From: the human T2T-CHM13v2.0 reference genome, Homo sapiens | DNA length: 64,000 bases | Direction: 5' to 3' (one strand) | NCBI RefSeq assembly: GCF_009914755.1 | Contig: NC_060925.1 | In this document: piece after piece, positions 43,485 through 58,057 of the stretch | Layout: every line of letters begins with the position of its first letter | Numbering within the stretch: position 1 is the first letter of the stretch | The notes under the pieces: model-generated | The model's input: only the letters and a program-made list of their open reading frames with translations | What the model was told of the DNA's origin: nothing | The model's database searches: none | Program-made: the position numbers and the translations under genes

Positions 43485-43994
43485 TGTGAGCAACAACAAG
43501 GTGCCGCAGGAACACTTGGATGTATGCTGGACCTTTGTTTACTAGGATGTACTCTGTATTGTTCTGGTGATGGGCTAGTCTCTGTGTTCATCCTGGTGGG
43601 GAGGTCAAAACTAGGTGGAACTGGACTACCAAGATCACCTATGAATGTCCCAATGACCAGCTCACACACCAGCCCTGATGCAAGTGTTTGAGGGAGCCCT
43701 TGGTGAAATGTGTTGAGGTTACCATAGGTTGGGGAGGGAGCTGCACCAGATCCATATCCTGGGCAGGTAAGAATCTAATGTGTTTTCCTATCACACCTCT
43801 GTCCCAGGGCTCATGACTCTCAGATCAGACAGACAGTTTCCTATACCTCCAGTCCAGAATGTAGCTAATAGCCATGGAAAATGCCTGTCTCAAAGTACTC
43901 TGTGGTAGTGGGACAGGGTGAGACTTCTTCCCTCAGCCCGATACAGACAGCATTGTGGCTTGCCTGTTCTCCAGTGCAGATATGCTGCTACTTC

Positions 43995-44068
43995 ATGTAG
44001 ATAAAGGTAAGCGTTCTACCTTGTGGCACATATGTAGATCAAGGTAAGTGTTCTACCTTGTGGCACAT
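43995..44068. repeat. 37-bp tandem duplication (2 mismatches)
   Basis: atgtagat(a/c)aaggtaag(c/t)gttctaccttgtggcacat x2. Confidence 0.95.
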
Positions 44069-45949
44069 ATGAGTGGTAGTCAGCTATGGTGGTGTCAGAT
44101 GGCTGGACTGGCCCAATCTCAGACCCCAGGAGCAGTGATCAGGTTCCAACAGTGGTGGACTGGACTAGGCAATCCCTCAATCTTTAGATTCCTAGATGGT
44201 CCCCCAGACCTTGTGCTTGAGTCCTAGAGTGTCTGGACTGGACTGGACTTGTCCTCAGGTCCTCAGGTCCTCATGATCCCGGTGCTGACTGTGATAAAGA
44301 TGGGCAGGTTGGCTCCAAGAGTGCTGGCCGAATGCTGAGGCAGCTAAAGCCTGAAGGTGGTAACAGCCAGGACAGATTGAAGGCTTCTGGGGCCTGAGAT
44401 CCCAGGAGGGTGCTGGGCTGCAGCTTAAATGATTAAATAGGGGCAGGGCAGCTGCACTAGGATCTGTCCAGAGGGAATACAGACACCCCATCTACCAACT
44501 CCCCAGTCACTGGGAGTAGTGGGAGCAGCAGCTGTGAGATGCATGGCCCACTCACACCTCCCTCTTGCAGGATCAGTGGTGGTACATGTCATGGGGGTAT
44601 GAGAAGGTGTCTGGTCTCCCCTCTCCCTCTCTACCACAGTGGTGGGAGACCCTTGGCAGAGTTCAGGTCTCTGTGGGCTGGGCCCTCTGAAGGGCACCCA
44701 GCCACAGCTAAAATGCTTAGGCAGGGGCAAGATGGTTGTGTGTCAATGGGGAGGGCAGGCCCCCACAGCACTAGCAATGGAAGCTGACAACTGTGGAGCA
44801 TGCGGCCCGTTCACAGATAATTTGTTTTTAATTTAAAAGATATCTCAAAGATCAAGTGTATATTTCCTCCAAAGTTAAAATATAAAATATTTTGAAATAT
44901 TCTGAACTTTTTTTGGTTAAAATGCTGACACATTCCTTAATGTGGAGCCCTTCTCACTATGCTGGGCCACAGTAATGAACTGTAAATCCCAAGTTATAAA
45001 AAATGAAATTGTGCTGGAAGTATCTATCCTAGTAGATGAGGCAAAAGACATGCCCTGACAATGCATGCTGACTTGTAAAGTCCTTTTTAATTGCACTGAG
45101 CATCATTTAACATATTCACTAAATACCATCCAATTATAAATAATGGAAAGCAAAGAATTATTCATTGTCAATATGCCATTATATATATATTTAAAAATGA
45201 TAAACATTTAAATACTTTGATTTAACTAAAAACTGAGTGTATATAATAATGTATAATTTCTAATAACATGACAAAATAAAAATTGTCATAGTGTGATACT
45301 TTGTTTTATATATTAATAACATAGTATATAACATAACACTACAATATTATGACTGTGGTTACATATATTAATTAAATCTAATGTTAATAATCCATTAAGA
45401 CTATGGCTTTTTACATCTTAAAAGGAATCTTCCCCCAATTCTGACTGTAGTTTTACAAAATGTTGTTATTAAGTACTTCCTAGATACTTTTTGGGGAGGT
45501 GAATGTATGTGAAGTAATGAGTAGAGTATGTTTGCAAATATCACTGATACCAGAAAAATAATCATTGGCCTAGGATAGTGACATCATCTGCTACCTTTTA
45601 TGTAATAATTTATTATTCATCCCATCCAGCAATATTTAGTTCAAATATCAAGTTCTCTAGCGACCATCCCATAGGACTGAGAAGTTCTTCTTGTAAATTA
45701 ATATAGTACTTATCATAGCTCTCTTACAGTGCTTATACTTTATTGCAATTATACATTTATTTGCCTTTTTCTGTTAAATCTCAGTTTTCAGATGCTAAAC
45801 AAATGGCTATAGTATCTGATCATCATTAGCATTTTGATTCACTGTCTCTCCCAAAAAAGCCGTCTATTGCCCTCTTACTGCCTCACTTTCATTCTTTCTC
45901 TCTCTCTCTGTCTCAGAGTAGTGTATACGTGAATATGTATGAAGATGGC

Positions 45950-46200
45950 TTATTGCTGTGGGAAGGAGTGTAGGCCCGAGGAACATACCTGCAGTTTTCA
46001 AATGCGGGCTGCCCTACAATTGCTCAGTTGATTCTTGTCAAGTTTCTGAACTTCTTTCTGTCTGAAGTTTTTCATTTGTAAATTATGCATAATGATATAA
46101 CTGGCCTCATATTGTTTTTGCAAAGATTAATTCTGATAGTAAATATGTAAATGCTTGTATTGCCTGACACATAATGAGTAATCAGTAAACATTTCTACAT
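45950..46200 (+). mobile_element. MIR
   Basis: gttttttcatttgtaaaat-like core, gcaaagattaa, gcctgacacataatgagtaatcagtaaac. Confidence 0.6.
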
Positions 46201-46229
46201 TCCGTTATTCATATCAACATTATTTATGA

Positions 46230-47000
46230 ACCTTGTCTTTGTTCTAAACTTTCTATTCTAGTCTTATGCCTGTGCAAGTTCGCAATTTCACACTTTATTT
46301 ATATGTCAATGACTCACAAATTAAGACCTTACTTTGTCTCTACATCACATGTCCAAATGCCCATTTGACATTCTCATTTAATAGAAATTATTCAGGCTTC
46401 TTGATTATTTCTCTCTGCTCTCCAAAATAAACCCATTTCTAATCTTAGTTTCATCAACCTGAAATACCTCAACCATCTACCTATAAGTTCAAATAAATAC
46501 TCAGCTTTATCATATCTTCATCTGATATATCCAATTCATTAATAAACTTATTCAAAATATATCTCATATTCATTTATTTATCTCCATAATCTGTATTGTT
46601 ACCTTTCTGGTAAAAGCCACCCTTTTGTTCTCATCTAGACTACCATATTTAGGTCATTATTATTCTCCTGGCTTTTTATTTCTCAATGCCTTATAATTAT
46701 CCAGTAATTATTAAACAATTAGAGTAAACTTTTAAATATATAAGTAAGATAAAATCCAAACATCATTAAGTCTTCAAGCCCTTTTCAGGTTGGGCTTCTG
46801 CCTACTAGCTGATTGCATATCTTGTACTCTCCCTCTCTCTAACTTATTAGGATCCAGTTATGCTAACGTGCCAGATCATGAACATACCAAGCCCTTATGC
46901 AAGCTATTTTATCTGCCTAGAATGTTCTTCCCTCATACTTCCATCATATGTATATGTGTACCTGGAATATAGAACTATTAAATTAATATTTATTCAATAA
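46230..47000 (+). mobile_element. L2 fragment(s), degraded
   Basis: atatgtcaatgactcacaaatt...tccaaatgcccatttgacatt...tctcatctagactac...tgcctagaatgttcttccc. Confidence 0.5.
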
Positions 47001-47251
47001 CTATTTACTAATAGCTTAACAAAGAAAAATCATGTAAGAAGTTTATTTTGAAAATATAATAGAAGTTAAAGCCTTAAATTTTGTATTAGTAAAATTACAA
47101 CCCAGAAAAAAATAAACACTCTAAAATAGCATGTTCAAATAACCCCAAAACATATGTAAAGTTTAAACAATTTTAAAAAAATCATAAATGAAATTGATAT
47201 AGTAGATTTTTACATTTTCCTACTACTTCTGGTCTTTCAAAGATAAAATAT

Positions 47252-47673
47252 TGGAACCAACCCAAATGTCCAACAATGATAGACTGGATTAAGAAAATGT
47301 GGCACATATACACCATGGAATACTATGCAGCCATAAAAAATGATGAGTTCATGTCCTTTGTAGGGACATGGATGAAATTGGAAATCATCATTCTCAGTAA
47401 ACTATCGCAAGAACAAAAAACCAAACACCGCATATTCTCACTCATAGGTGGGAATTGAACAATGAGATCACATGGACACAGGAAGGGGAATATCACACTC
47501 TGGGGACTGTGGTGGGGTGGGGGGAGGGGGGAGGGATAGCATTGGGAGATATACCTAATGCTAGATGACGAGTTAGTGGGTGCAGCACACCAGCATGGCA
47601 CATGTATACATATGTAACTAACCTGCACAATGTGCACATGTACCCTAAAACTTAAAGTATAATAATAAAAAAA
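47252..47673 (+). mobile_element. Young 5'-truncated L1PA2-like 3' end
   Basis: MIDWIKKMWHIYTMEYYAAIKNDEFMSFVGTWMKLEIIILSKLSQEQKTKHRIFSLIGGN; gatgacGAGttagtg (non-Ta); perfect TSD aaagataaaatat at 47239 and 47674. Confidence 0.95.
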
Positions 47674-48063
47674 AAAGATAAAATATAAATGAAAAGGGTA
47701 CTTTTAAAATGAGGTCTAATTTTAAAAAGATATAGAAATACAGAGAGTGAACACACTTTTTAAAACTATACAGAGACTACATCTCAGAAACTTCTATAAA
47801 ATTATATTAAATTTTATCATCTATTGCATCAAATTTATTAATTAACTTTAAATACAGAACTGATTCAGGTCATTCTTTGTTCTTAAGACAATATAACTAG
47901 ATAAAATTATAAAAGTTGCAAAAACACACATTTAATATATTCAGTCTTTCCAACTAATATTTATTTCATGATAATTAAATTTTCCTGATAAAAATCAATT
48001 AATCTCACATCTAATCTGTAAGAAAAGTCACATGAAAATTCTAATAGAAATTTAGAAGTTACA

Positions 48064-48371
48064 GGGTGGGCCCAGTGGCTCACGCCTGTAATCCCATCAC
48101 TTTGGGAGGCCAAGATAGGCAGATCACCTGAGGTCAGGAGTTCAAGACCAGCCTGGCCAACATGGTAAAATCCCGTGTCTACTAAAAGTACAAAAATAAT
48201 AATAATAATAAAAATAGTCAGGCGTGATGTCCGGTGCCTGTGATCTCAGCTACTTAGGAGGCTGAGGCAAGAAAATCACTTGAGCCCAGGAGGCAGAGGT
48301 TGCAGTGAGCCGAGATCAGGCCACTGTACTCCAGCCTGGGTGACCACGCGAGACTATGTCTTAAAAAAAAA
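48064..48371 (+). mobile_element. AluSx/Sz with (AAT)n expanded linker
   Basis: gatcacctgaggtcaggagttc; TSD agaaatttagaagttaca / agaagtttggaagttata. Confidence 0.92.
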
Positions 48372-51253
48372 GAAGTTTGGAAGTTATAATAAATATTTTT
48401 GCTCTCAGTTCTGATTATAACCATCTTCTAAAAACAGAATAAAAATGTACCTGCTTAGGTTAATTGAAAATATCTGTGGTGTACCAGAATGAAAAATACA
48501 CTGTTTGATTCATAAGTGCATTGCTATTCACACAAAACAAATCCACTGTCCTTAAGAAAGTAAGAAAAACATGGGCTTTTTTCCACTGTTCACTCCTGGC
48601 TTAAAAACACACGCTGTGAACCATCTTGAAAACTGGTCCTTCTATATATGCTTGCTGTCCATTGAGTGCTAAAAACTTCTTATCTTTCTTTTAATGATTA
48701 GAAACTTTTATTTGAGATCATAACGCAAAGCCACCTATAAAGTACATATTATGCAGAAAAGATAGGAAGTTAGCCTGGATAAATACCTCATCATATTCTA
48801 CTTTAGTTAGTACAAACAGTTTTAAATTTTTTACTCTTTAATATCTTTTTATGATTTATGCCACTAGGTACTATTATTCTGTATTAAATTGATCCCACAT
48901 AGAACAGTAAGGATGATTTTCTGCCTCTTCCCCCTTCCTCAATCTTGGAAAGGGTCACATAGGGAAACTAAATCTTGGCTCTGATTTGCTTATTGAAATA
49001 CACTCTCCATCCTAGAAAAGACTTCAGAGGGGCTCTGAAAACTTGGGGAAACTAGTTAAGTTTCAAGCATCGATGTTTGTAAATTAAAGGTTATAATTCC
49101 TACTCCAGGAGTTATGGCAAAGGATATTTAACATAAATTCTGTATAGCACTGATTATAGTACTTAGGAATATAGGTAGAACCCAAAGTATAATATTCTCT
49201 TCTATTTCTCTATTATTAAAAGTTAATATTTCTTTAATTATTTATATATATTTTTATGGTTTAAAAGTAAGGAAATCATCCCTTCTAACCAGATGTATTA
49301 CAAAAAGAGCTATTTTATTCTATATTTCCTGAGAGGAAAACAGAGACGCTTTGTTCAAGTCCAAAACAGGACTTCCCCGTCCTACTTTTATAGTTTGGGA
49401 AGACAAGGAATCATTACAGCCAAGACTCAGTTTATTCTCTAAAGTTGCCAGAGTTCATCTGTAGCTTTACCATATATGAAAGTGAACTGTTTACACCGCC
49501 ACTTGCCAACTGACACTTTCTACATTTGTGGATTCTAGATGAGTGATTTTCTTTTGCTCTCACTGAGCTCAAAATATCCCAACAGAGTAAAACACTGGTA
49601 TGTATTTCAAAAGATGTATCAAGAAGAATTTTTGAATGAAGAAATGCTAGAATGACAAACATGGCCTATCTCATTTCCCCATGCTAATAAGGAAGTTCCT
49701 GTGATTTTATTGCTACAAGACCACTTGGATCCTTGGTCTGATTGACAACAATATAATCATTATAACTTAGACAATACAAAAGGAATTTCAATTTAACCAG
49801 CTCTGCATTACTGAGATACAGCTTATGATGTTTTAAATTATAGTACTTCAGAAGAAAATGTCAAGACTGATTACAGGTTCTAAAGGTATCTTTTAGTAGA
49901 GTACATGTCTATACGGAGATAATTTTTAATGGGCTTTCTATTAAACATACAGTTGTTATCAATGCTGAAAAAAATTATCCATCACAATAAAATATATTTA
50001 GAACAACTTATTAAAATTAACATTCTAAATTATCATCTTTATTATTTAATGGTATAGTATAAGATATGGATTGTTGGTAAATTAGTAAATGAAGCTAAAG
50101 ATTATCATAACTCTGTAAAGAACAGAGCTAGATTGTTTATGTTCATTAAGAAAGAAAAGCAACTGATAAACTACTAAAAGTGGGAGTTTCTTTTTCAATA
50201 TTAGCAATCTGAGTTCAAGGAATTACTTGTTCTCATATTTCAGTTGTTATTGAATTAGCCAAAGACACACACAAGTAAGAGTGAATCTGTACCTGCGTTA
50301 AAAAGGAGGACTGCAAACAAATGAAGAAAAGATGTGATTTCAATAACAGCATCAAAAACAGAAAGACCAGTGGTTCTAAATTAAAATGATAAGCAGAGTT
50401 TTTTGGGGAGTTTCATAAAAATATATTAGAATTTGGAAGTATATTATTTTATTCATTTTTGTATTTTTGCACTTTTCATTTATTTCACTGATCTGGCAAC
50501 TTTGAGAATGGCTAGTACAATACAAAAATTGATTAATAAATTGAAAGTAAACCCAGAAAAAATCTTTAGCTCTTATTAACATGAAGTTATTAAAATGTTT
50601 TAAAGTCCTAAGACACTTGTTGGTGGGAAGGCAAAATTTATTCCATGGACAGTTTTATAAAGAGAGCCTTGCACTATTGTCAACACAGCTGTTATCCCTT
50701 GAGGTACATGTTTTTAAGCCCTCCTTAAATTTCATGCGATTGGCAAATATTACTTGCTTTGGCTGACTAATAAGAAGGTAATCACATCTGTGAAGAGTAG
50801 CACATCACCAAGATTACTGGGTCTTCATGACAAATACAGAAATTAAATGTTAACAGAGGGGAAAGGTTGCTGCTCCTCTTTTTCATTCTTCCTTTACACC
50901 AGCATTGAGTCTTTAATCTTACATTATTAAACTGCAATAACTTTATTTACATTCTTTATCTGCCCTAAAATATTTTAAACAAGAATTCAAAAATTGCTAG
51001 CATAGCCTACGGAGTCAATACTGGACAAAAACAAATTCTCAACTCCCTCCAACATGCTCTTCGGAAAATTCTCAGAAATATAAAGTCATTAAGTAGTTTA
51101 AAAGAGAACCAATTTCAAAAATCAAACCAAGGTCCTCTAGTTAAACAGTTACTGAAAAGGAAAAGTTGGTATCTAGAATTCCTTTTTCTATTAAGTTGAG
51201 AAAGAATATTAAATCTACTAAGCAGAGATCAGTAGGTTAGATTGAAATTAAAC

Positions 51254-51316
51254 TCCTAATTTTCAAATGTTAAATGTGTAAGAGATCCTAATTTTCAAAT
51301 GTTAAATGTGTAAGAG
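51254..51316. repeat. Perfect tandem duplication, period 32 bp
   Basis: tcctaattttcaaatgttaaatgtgtaagag at 51254-51284 and 51286-51316. Confidence 0.97.
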
Positions 51317-51991
51317 GTAAGTGGAATATTGAATAATATAGGAAAAAAATCAGACATTGTGACAAGATGTTTGAAGAGTTCTATATAAAATATTACACAA
51401 GAAAAGATAAGAAATAACAGAGTGAAGGAAGAAACATCCATTTGTCAATTTCACAAGCATAAAAAGGTTCACAAGAGAAAAAGTTCACAAGAGTAAAATG
51501 TGTAAAAGATGGCCAGAATAAAACTTTACTAGCACTTCTGCTTTACAGTAAAGTGTGCTGAAAGTGATGAAAGGACAAAGGAAAATAATTAGCACAAGGA
51601 CATAAAATTTCAAAATGCTCAAAGGATAGATCTGGAAGTTTTAATGTATGCTAGGAATAGCTTCAGGCTTAGGTAGGGAGAGCAGATAGAGAAATAAAAA
51701 GAAAAAACAGTCTTTAAAATGTCTAGGCAAATTTTCCAAGCAAACAAAACATTGTCTTTTTAAATAAAATATTATGTTATCACTAATTTTTAACCACTAT
51801 TTAATGCTTACACACAACTGATAATGTTTTGGTCTCTTAGATCATAGAAGTAAACAAGACATGTCCTTTGCTTTAGGTGGTACAGTAAGGAACTTACAAT
51901 ACTGAAAAAAATTACTGTGCTGTTTAATAGCTGTGAAATGTTGAACAACTTCACTGTATTATTGCTTCATTCACAAAATTTGATTTCTTCT

Positions 51992-52513
51992 TGTGATGTT
52001 TGGCTATTGTCAACTTGACATCATTACCGCAGCTTTCCAAGGTCTCCTCCGCATTTCCCAAAACCTTCTCTCTGTATGTTTCTATGTTAGGCTTTGCCAG
52101 CAAAAAACACTGGTGTGAGCTTTGGAAGACAGAAAATCCGGAGAAGCCATTATTCTCTGAAGGCAATCACAGCCAGACAAATGAACAGATGAGAGTTTTC
52201 ACTGGACTGTTTCAAAGAGCACAGGGGAACTACCTGCTTGGCTGTTGCACACAAAGACAATTAGTGAGAGTTTCACATAGAACCGTTAGCACAGCAGCAG
52301 TTTCCAAGACAGTTACTGGGAGCTTCTGGCTGAGATCTCTGGTTGCTTTCCTGAAATTTTTGCTGAATTACTTGCTGTTTAGAGTTAGCTTCCCTGACCT
52401 TTCCTCTCATAGTTCCTCTAATATTTCTATAAGCCTTTAATTCCGATATTAACTTCCAAACCTGGAAAACTTAAAGTGGCTTTTATTTACTGTTGGATGT
52501 TAGATTGACTATA
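51992..52513 (+). mobile_element. ERVL LTR (LTR33/41/52 group) followed by an internal-start-like motif
   Basis: tgtgatgtttggctattgtcaacttgac...tttcccaaaaccttctctctgtatg...gagctttggaagacagaa; then gttttggtaacaggagtg. Confidence 0.6.
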
Positions 52514-53349
52514 GTTTTGGTAACAGGAGTGAGGTTGATTTGCCAACTCCTGGCACACATGTGCTATCAAAGCATCTGGGGTATTTAAAACTTTATGCTT
52601 ACAAGTCAATCAGCAACCTTAGACAAGTATGTCCATAGCTACCCACCAGATGTTAAGGGGCCATCCAGACTTAATGCTAGTAAAGAGGCCGGATTTGTAA
52701 CAGTGACTCTAGTTTGAAACAACGTGGAATAGTTCATGATAACTCACTAATATCCTCCAAGCTCTCTCAAATCTCTCCACTTCTTTACTCTCCAAACAGG
52801 CTAAGTTCAACAGAGACATGGTAAGACTCTTTATTCCCTCATCATTAACAAATTTGAAGGTGGTACTGAGTTTGCTGATTTCTCTAGATATATATTGTAT
52901 TGCTTTTGGTTTAATATTTTGAAGAAAGAAGCAAGTCTAGGGGTTTCACTTGGCCATTTTTACCATAATATTCCTCACTCCATATGTCAGGGGACCAACC
53001 TAAGTGTTCTGCCAATCCTTGTTCCAACTACATCTTCAAAACTAGGATGAAAAAAACACAGGTCAGGTGGATAGACTCAGTCGGCCCACTTTGAGACATA
53101 CTTGAACCAACAATAGATTATGACACTTTAAACAGGTAAATTTATTTAGTAAGGAATTATACAATACTTTAAAAAATTAATCATGGACCCCCCACCAATG
53201 TTAGCATCAGCTCACAGCCAGTGATCAGTAATCTCTCAAAGTGCTGGTAGATGCCTACAGATATCTTTGGAAAATATTTTTGGCATAAGGTTTTTTGTTT
53301 GTTCTTTTTTTTAGCATTTTAAAGTGTTTTGATTAAAACATCAGAAAAT

Positions 53350-53647
<298 letters not shown>

Positions 53648-55419
53648 TCAGAAAATATATATAAGTGCTTTCCTGTGTTACTACAAGTAAGTGCTCAGTA
53701 TATTCTTATAATTATCCTTATTAATTCAAATTTTGCAATGAAAAAGTTAAACATTTATATATATATGTGCATGTTTATGTATATATATATAAGAAATCAG
53801 TGAATTGATTTGTATAAATTAAGGAAATGCAATGTATTCTACACATTCAATAACTTAATATATATTATAATAATTGGTTTAAAAAATAAAACAAAACTTA
53901 AAGATATTAAATGTAAACATTTTCCACTTGTACATATAAATGCTATTTAACTTAGCTCAAGATAGAGACTTTTAAAAACTTACATATTCCATGTAATGTA
54001 ACATTAAGCAAAATTATCAGTTAAAACAATACTTATTAGCTTTTATAATCAAAAAATTAAATAATACATGATGACCTTGGAGTAAGTATTTGCAAAAAGT
54101 AGGGAAAAAAGTTAATATATTTCGCAAAGAATGGCTTTTAAAAACTAAAAGCCGAACAGTAACATCCTAAAGAAACTTGACATTTTCTAAGAATACATTA
54201 TAAAAATAAGTGTAACTGGAAAATACACATATGAATAAATAAGATTCAATTTCCAAGCCATCAAATTGGTGTAGAGCAGAAAAATGACAACACTAGTTTT
54301 TGGTGCTCAGTGAAGTGGGAATTCTCATATAACAAATCATAAGAATGTAAATTAGTACAGACTTTGTTGAAAGGCCATACTGATTGCCTTAAATTTTTAA
54401 ATATTTATTTCTTTTATACAGGACCTGTATTTTCCATAATTATTATACTATACAATTAATAAAAGATATATTTTTTAAAAAAAATAGTGAACAACAACAA
54501 CAACAAAAAGCACAAAGACTTCCCTCTTAGGAAAAAAAAAAAAAGCAATAGAATTTATAAATGAAACTTCCCAAGCCAAAAAAGACTGGGAGAGAAAGAG
54601 CCGCAAAAGACTGTCAGTAGCTCAGCCAGGCTGGTCAAAGGAGAGTTGAGCTGCCAGGTGTTAGAGTAGCCAACTAAAGCAACAAGTCAAAAAGAAATAA
54701 TTAAACCCTTAGACAATTATTGGGATGGTGTAAGCAAGTGTCTAAAATCAGGAGAAACACTGAACTACCCTATTCCTTTTCTCCCCAAAGAATGGCATGC
54801 CCAGAGGGATCAGGAGGATCAACACATGTGGAGGTTGTCTCACTGCGGAAGGAGCCCCAAACGAAGGGCTTCAATGTCTCTATGGATTCTGGAGTGGAAG
54901 GATTGGGGAAGTAGAGGTGCAGAGAGCTTGGAACTGGCTGAGTTAGAGTACAGAAAAGTGTTTCCGAGACTTACCCTTCTACTCTAGAAAGAAGGCCTGA
55001 GCAGAGAGGCTCCTTAAAAGTAGTTCTATTCAAGGCCTCAGATAGAGACCTCAGAATGAGGGTACCTGTCTAGGAATTCAAATATGTGATGAGCATGATC
55101 TGCTTGAGACATTGAATGTAACTTCCTTCCAAGACTGCAGTGTACTGGTTGTGCACTAGTCCTGGGGTGGGAGGGTAGCTTCCCTCTGAAGGGTCTACCA
55201 GGAAAAGCCTTTGTAATTAATGCCTATAGGCAAGCCTGTAAAATCACATGCAGGTTTTAACCAGGAGCTCAACTCTTTAATTTCAGCCCTTAGTAGTTCA
55301 GATAATCTCAATAGATGCCAATTAAACATTTGACAAAATGTACCATATGTTCATGGTAACAGTTCTCAATAAACTAAAAATAGAACAGGCAGCTCAGAAA
55401 ATAAATTAGGTATAATTTA

Positions 55420-56730
55420 TAATTCTTATATTTTTGTCTAGATTAACATTCCAGACTTTGGTATCAGTAGGCAGAATCCCATCATACAACACTAGTTTTT
55501 TTTAGAATTGAGGAGAAAGTGATTGCAGTTCATAGAGACGAATACAGCTGGAATTCGCTGGGCATACCAGTAAGAAGGAGGCTTTTTAAAGGGAAATTCA
55601 CCGACAGCTTTCTTTCAGGGTTTTTTTTGTTTGTTTTTTGTTTTTGTAAATACACTAATCTGTTTGTACAAAGGTTAAAACTCTACAAAATAAGGCAGAG
55701 AACAATGTTCTGAAAACTATTAGCTAAGCAACACCCACAGCTTACACAGGGCTTGAAAATATTTTAGTTCTGGTCAGCCAGATTGTACAGTCCTCATGGA
55801 CACCCATGACAGTCAGTAAAGACACTTTTCTTAAGGAATGAGACACTGTAGGGGCAAATTATTTTTAGAGTTAACTCTAGATCTTCTCTAGCAAAACAGA
55901 AAAGAATAAAGCAACAAACAAAAGCAAAGTGAGAAAGGTCAAGGGGATCCACAAAACATTTAGAATAGCTAAAACAATTTTGTTTTTTTTAAAAAGGACT
56001 TATACTACCTAATGTCAAGATTCATTATCAATGAACAGTAATCAAGACAACATGGTGTTGACACAAAATCTGAAAAAATAGATTAATGAAACACAAGAGA
56101 ATATTCAGAAATAGGTGTATATTTATATAGTCAATTAATTTTTGAAAAAGTCACTAAACCCATTCAAGGGAGAAAGGGATGATTTTGAATCAAATTGCAA
56201 TGCAGAAAATTTAAAAACACATAAAACACATGTAAAGAAATGAACCTTGGCACTAACTCATATTAAACTGAAGAGTTGTTTAGACATAAGTTAACTTAAA
56301 GCCTCTATGCAGCTATGGAGAGACAAAGTTTTATCAATATCTATAAATCAGTAACTATAAAATAAGACAATGTGAATTGGATTTGATTAAAATTAAACTT
56401 CTAATGAATAGATAGTTCACAGATGGCAGGAAATAGTTTTAATACATCTATCTGAAAACTACTAGTGTTCCAAATATATAAATAATTTTTATAACTGAAC
56501 AATATAATAAAAAACAACCCCATTGACATAAGATTTGAAAAGATACTCTCCAAAGAAAACATACAAATGCTCAAGACAAACACGAAAAGGTGATCAATAT
56601 CATTAGTTTTATGGGAGATACAAAGTTCAACCACGGAGAAATACCACTTTGATTCCACTCAAATGGATAAAATTAAGAAGACTGTTAATACCAAATTTTG
56701 GTGAAAATGTGAAAATAATTGGTTGGTAGT
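55420..56730 (+). mobile_element. Old L1M (MC/MD-like) 5' fragment joined to an ORF2 3' fragment
   Basis: tagaatagctaaaacaatttt...ggacttatactacct...cagtaatcaagacaacatggtgttg...tccaaagaaaacatacaaatg. Confidence 0.65.
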
Positions 56731-57254
56731 GTTCAGTTCTCTGTAGGCCAAGAATGACATAGTCAAATATGCTATCACGATGGGCTCCTTTCATTCAATG
56801 ATAATAATGGGATGCTGGACAAGCAGAGGTCAGGAGGCCACAATTAGCTGTGGTTATTAAGGAAAGCTAGTTACTGTAATGAGGATAATAGAGCTGGGGC
56901 AATAATCAGAATTATTTTCCTCCACATAGATCTTTGGAAGTTCCTATGACTGAGATAGGAGGGTGTCCTACTTGAGGCTCACCTGATCTGTATAATTAAA
57001 ACTCTTTTGCAATGGTAAATGCAGACTAAGCTTTAATTGCTCCCAGAGAGTTGTGACTGCTCGTGAAATTATCAGATCTAGTTCACAGAAAAAGAACCCC
57101 TTGAATGAAAGGAAGGTAGACTGTGTCCTCTTGAGGTAAGATCCTTCTATGCTACCAAAAATTTAAAGTATAAATCTTATTTCATATGCTTCCTCCAAAG
57201 GGTATGTGGCTATTTACCAGGGTTATCTTTTGGTTTTGGGGGTAAAAATGTTCT

Positions 57255-57265
57255 GCATACACAAA

Positions 57266-57300
<35 letters not shown>

Positions 57301-57482
57301 CCACACATGCATGTACACACACACACTATATATATATAATTACATATATGTTATATAAACTACAAAATTTACAGTCATGTTATATATAATTGTAAACTTT
57401 ATATTTTAAAATATTATATAAATTGCCATTACATACATATATATGTGTAAACTGGCAGGATATGTGTATGTGTGTATATATA
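57255..57482. repeat. (CA)n plus TA-rich low-complexity tract
   Basis: Visible CA run ~57268-57297 and TA-rich flank. Confidence 0.85.
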
Positions 57483-58057
57483 CAGAAGCCAACAGTTTTT
57501 TAAGCAGGGTACATTACATCACAGGAGAAAGCTGTGTGGCAGATCCAGGCCATATCATAGTAGCTGTGACACTTACTCTTATGTATCCAGTAGATTCAAG
57601 GTACTTGCATATCTGTTACCAATACAGATGCTGTATGCAACCTTTGGCAGTCCCATACAGATTAATCACATATCAGAACTTCAAGATTTTAAAGTGCATG
57701 CTGATTTCTGAAGAGTATTATCTTTACTTTCACAAGCAACTTTCATCCTGCTGAGCCCTGGTAGAGATTGGTTGCTTGATTTTAGCCTTTAACCTCCAAT
57801 GTGACCTGAACTGACATGATTAACTGGCTGTTATCTGACTCACCAAGCATGCATCAAGTGAAAGTCATATATAGGAGATCAAACTTGAGCAAGTGGAGGC
57901 ACAAAAATGTCACATCAGCAAGTGGCTCAAACTTCCAAGGCACATACCTGGATGACTCCCTCTTTCTCCTCAAAATTATAGTCATATAGATAGGGAAATA
58001 TATATGACTACTTAATTGAGGAAGAAAAATAATTTGGGACTGTGTTTCCAAATTTTG

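Noticed and set aside
43427-44836. Cluster of ORFs in GC-rich sequence
   Set aside because: L1PB4 5' UTR; CpG-depleted with no coding signature
52000-52440. Longest ORF in the window (146 aa)
   Set aside because: Starts at TTG rather than ATG, sits inside an ERVL LTR, and has no recognisable domain
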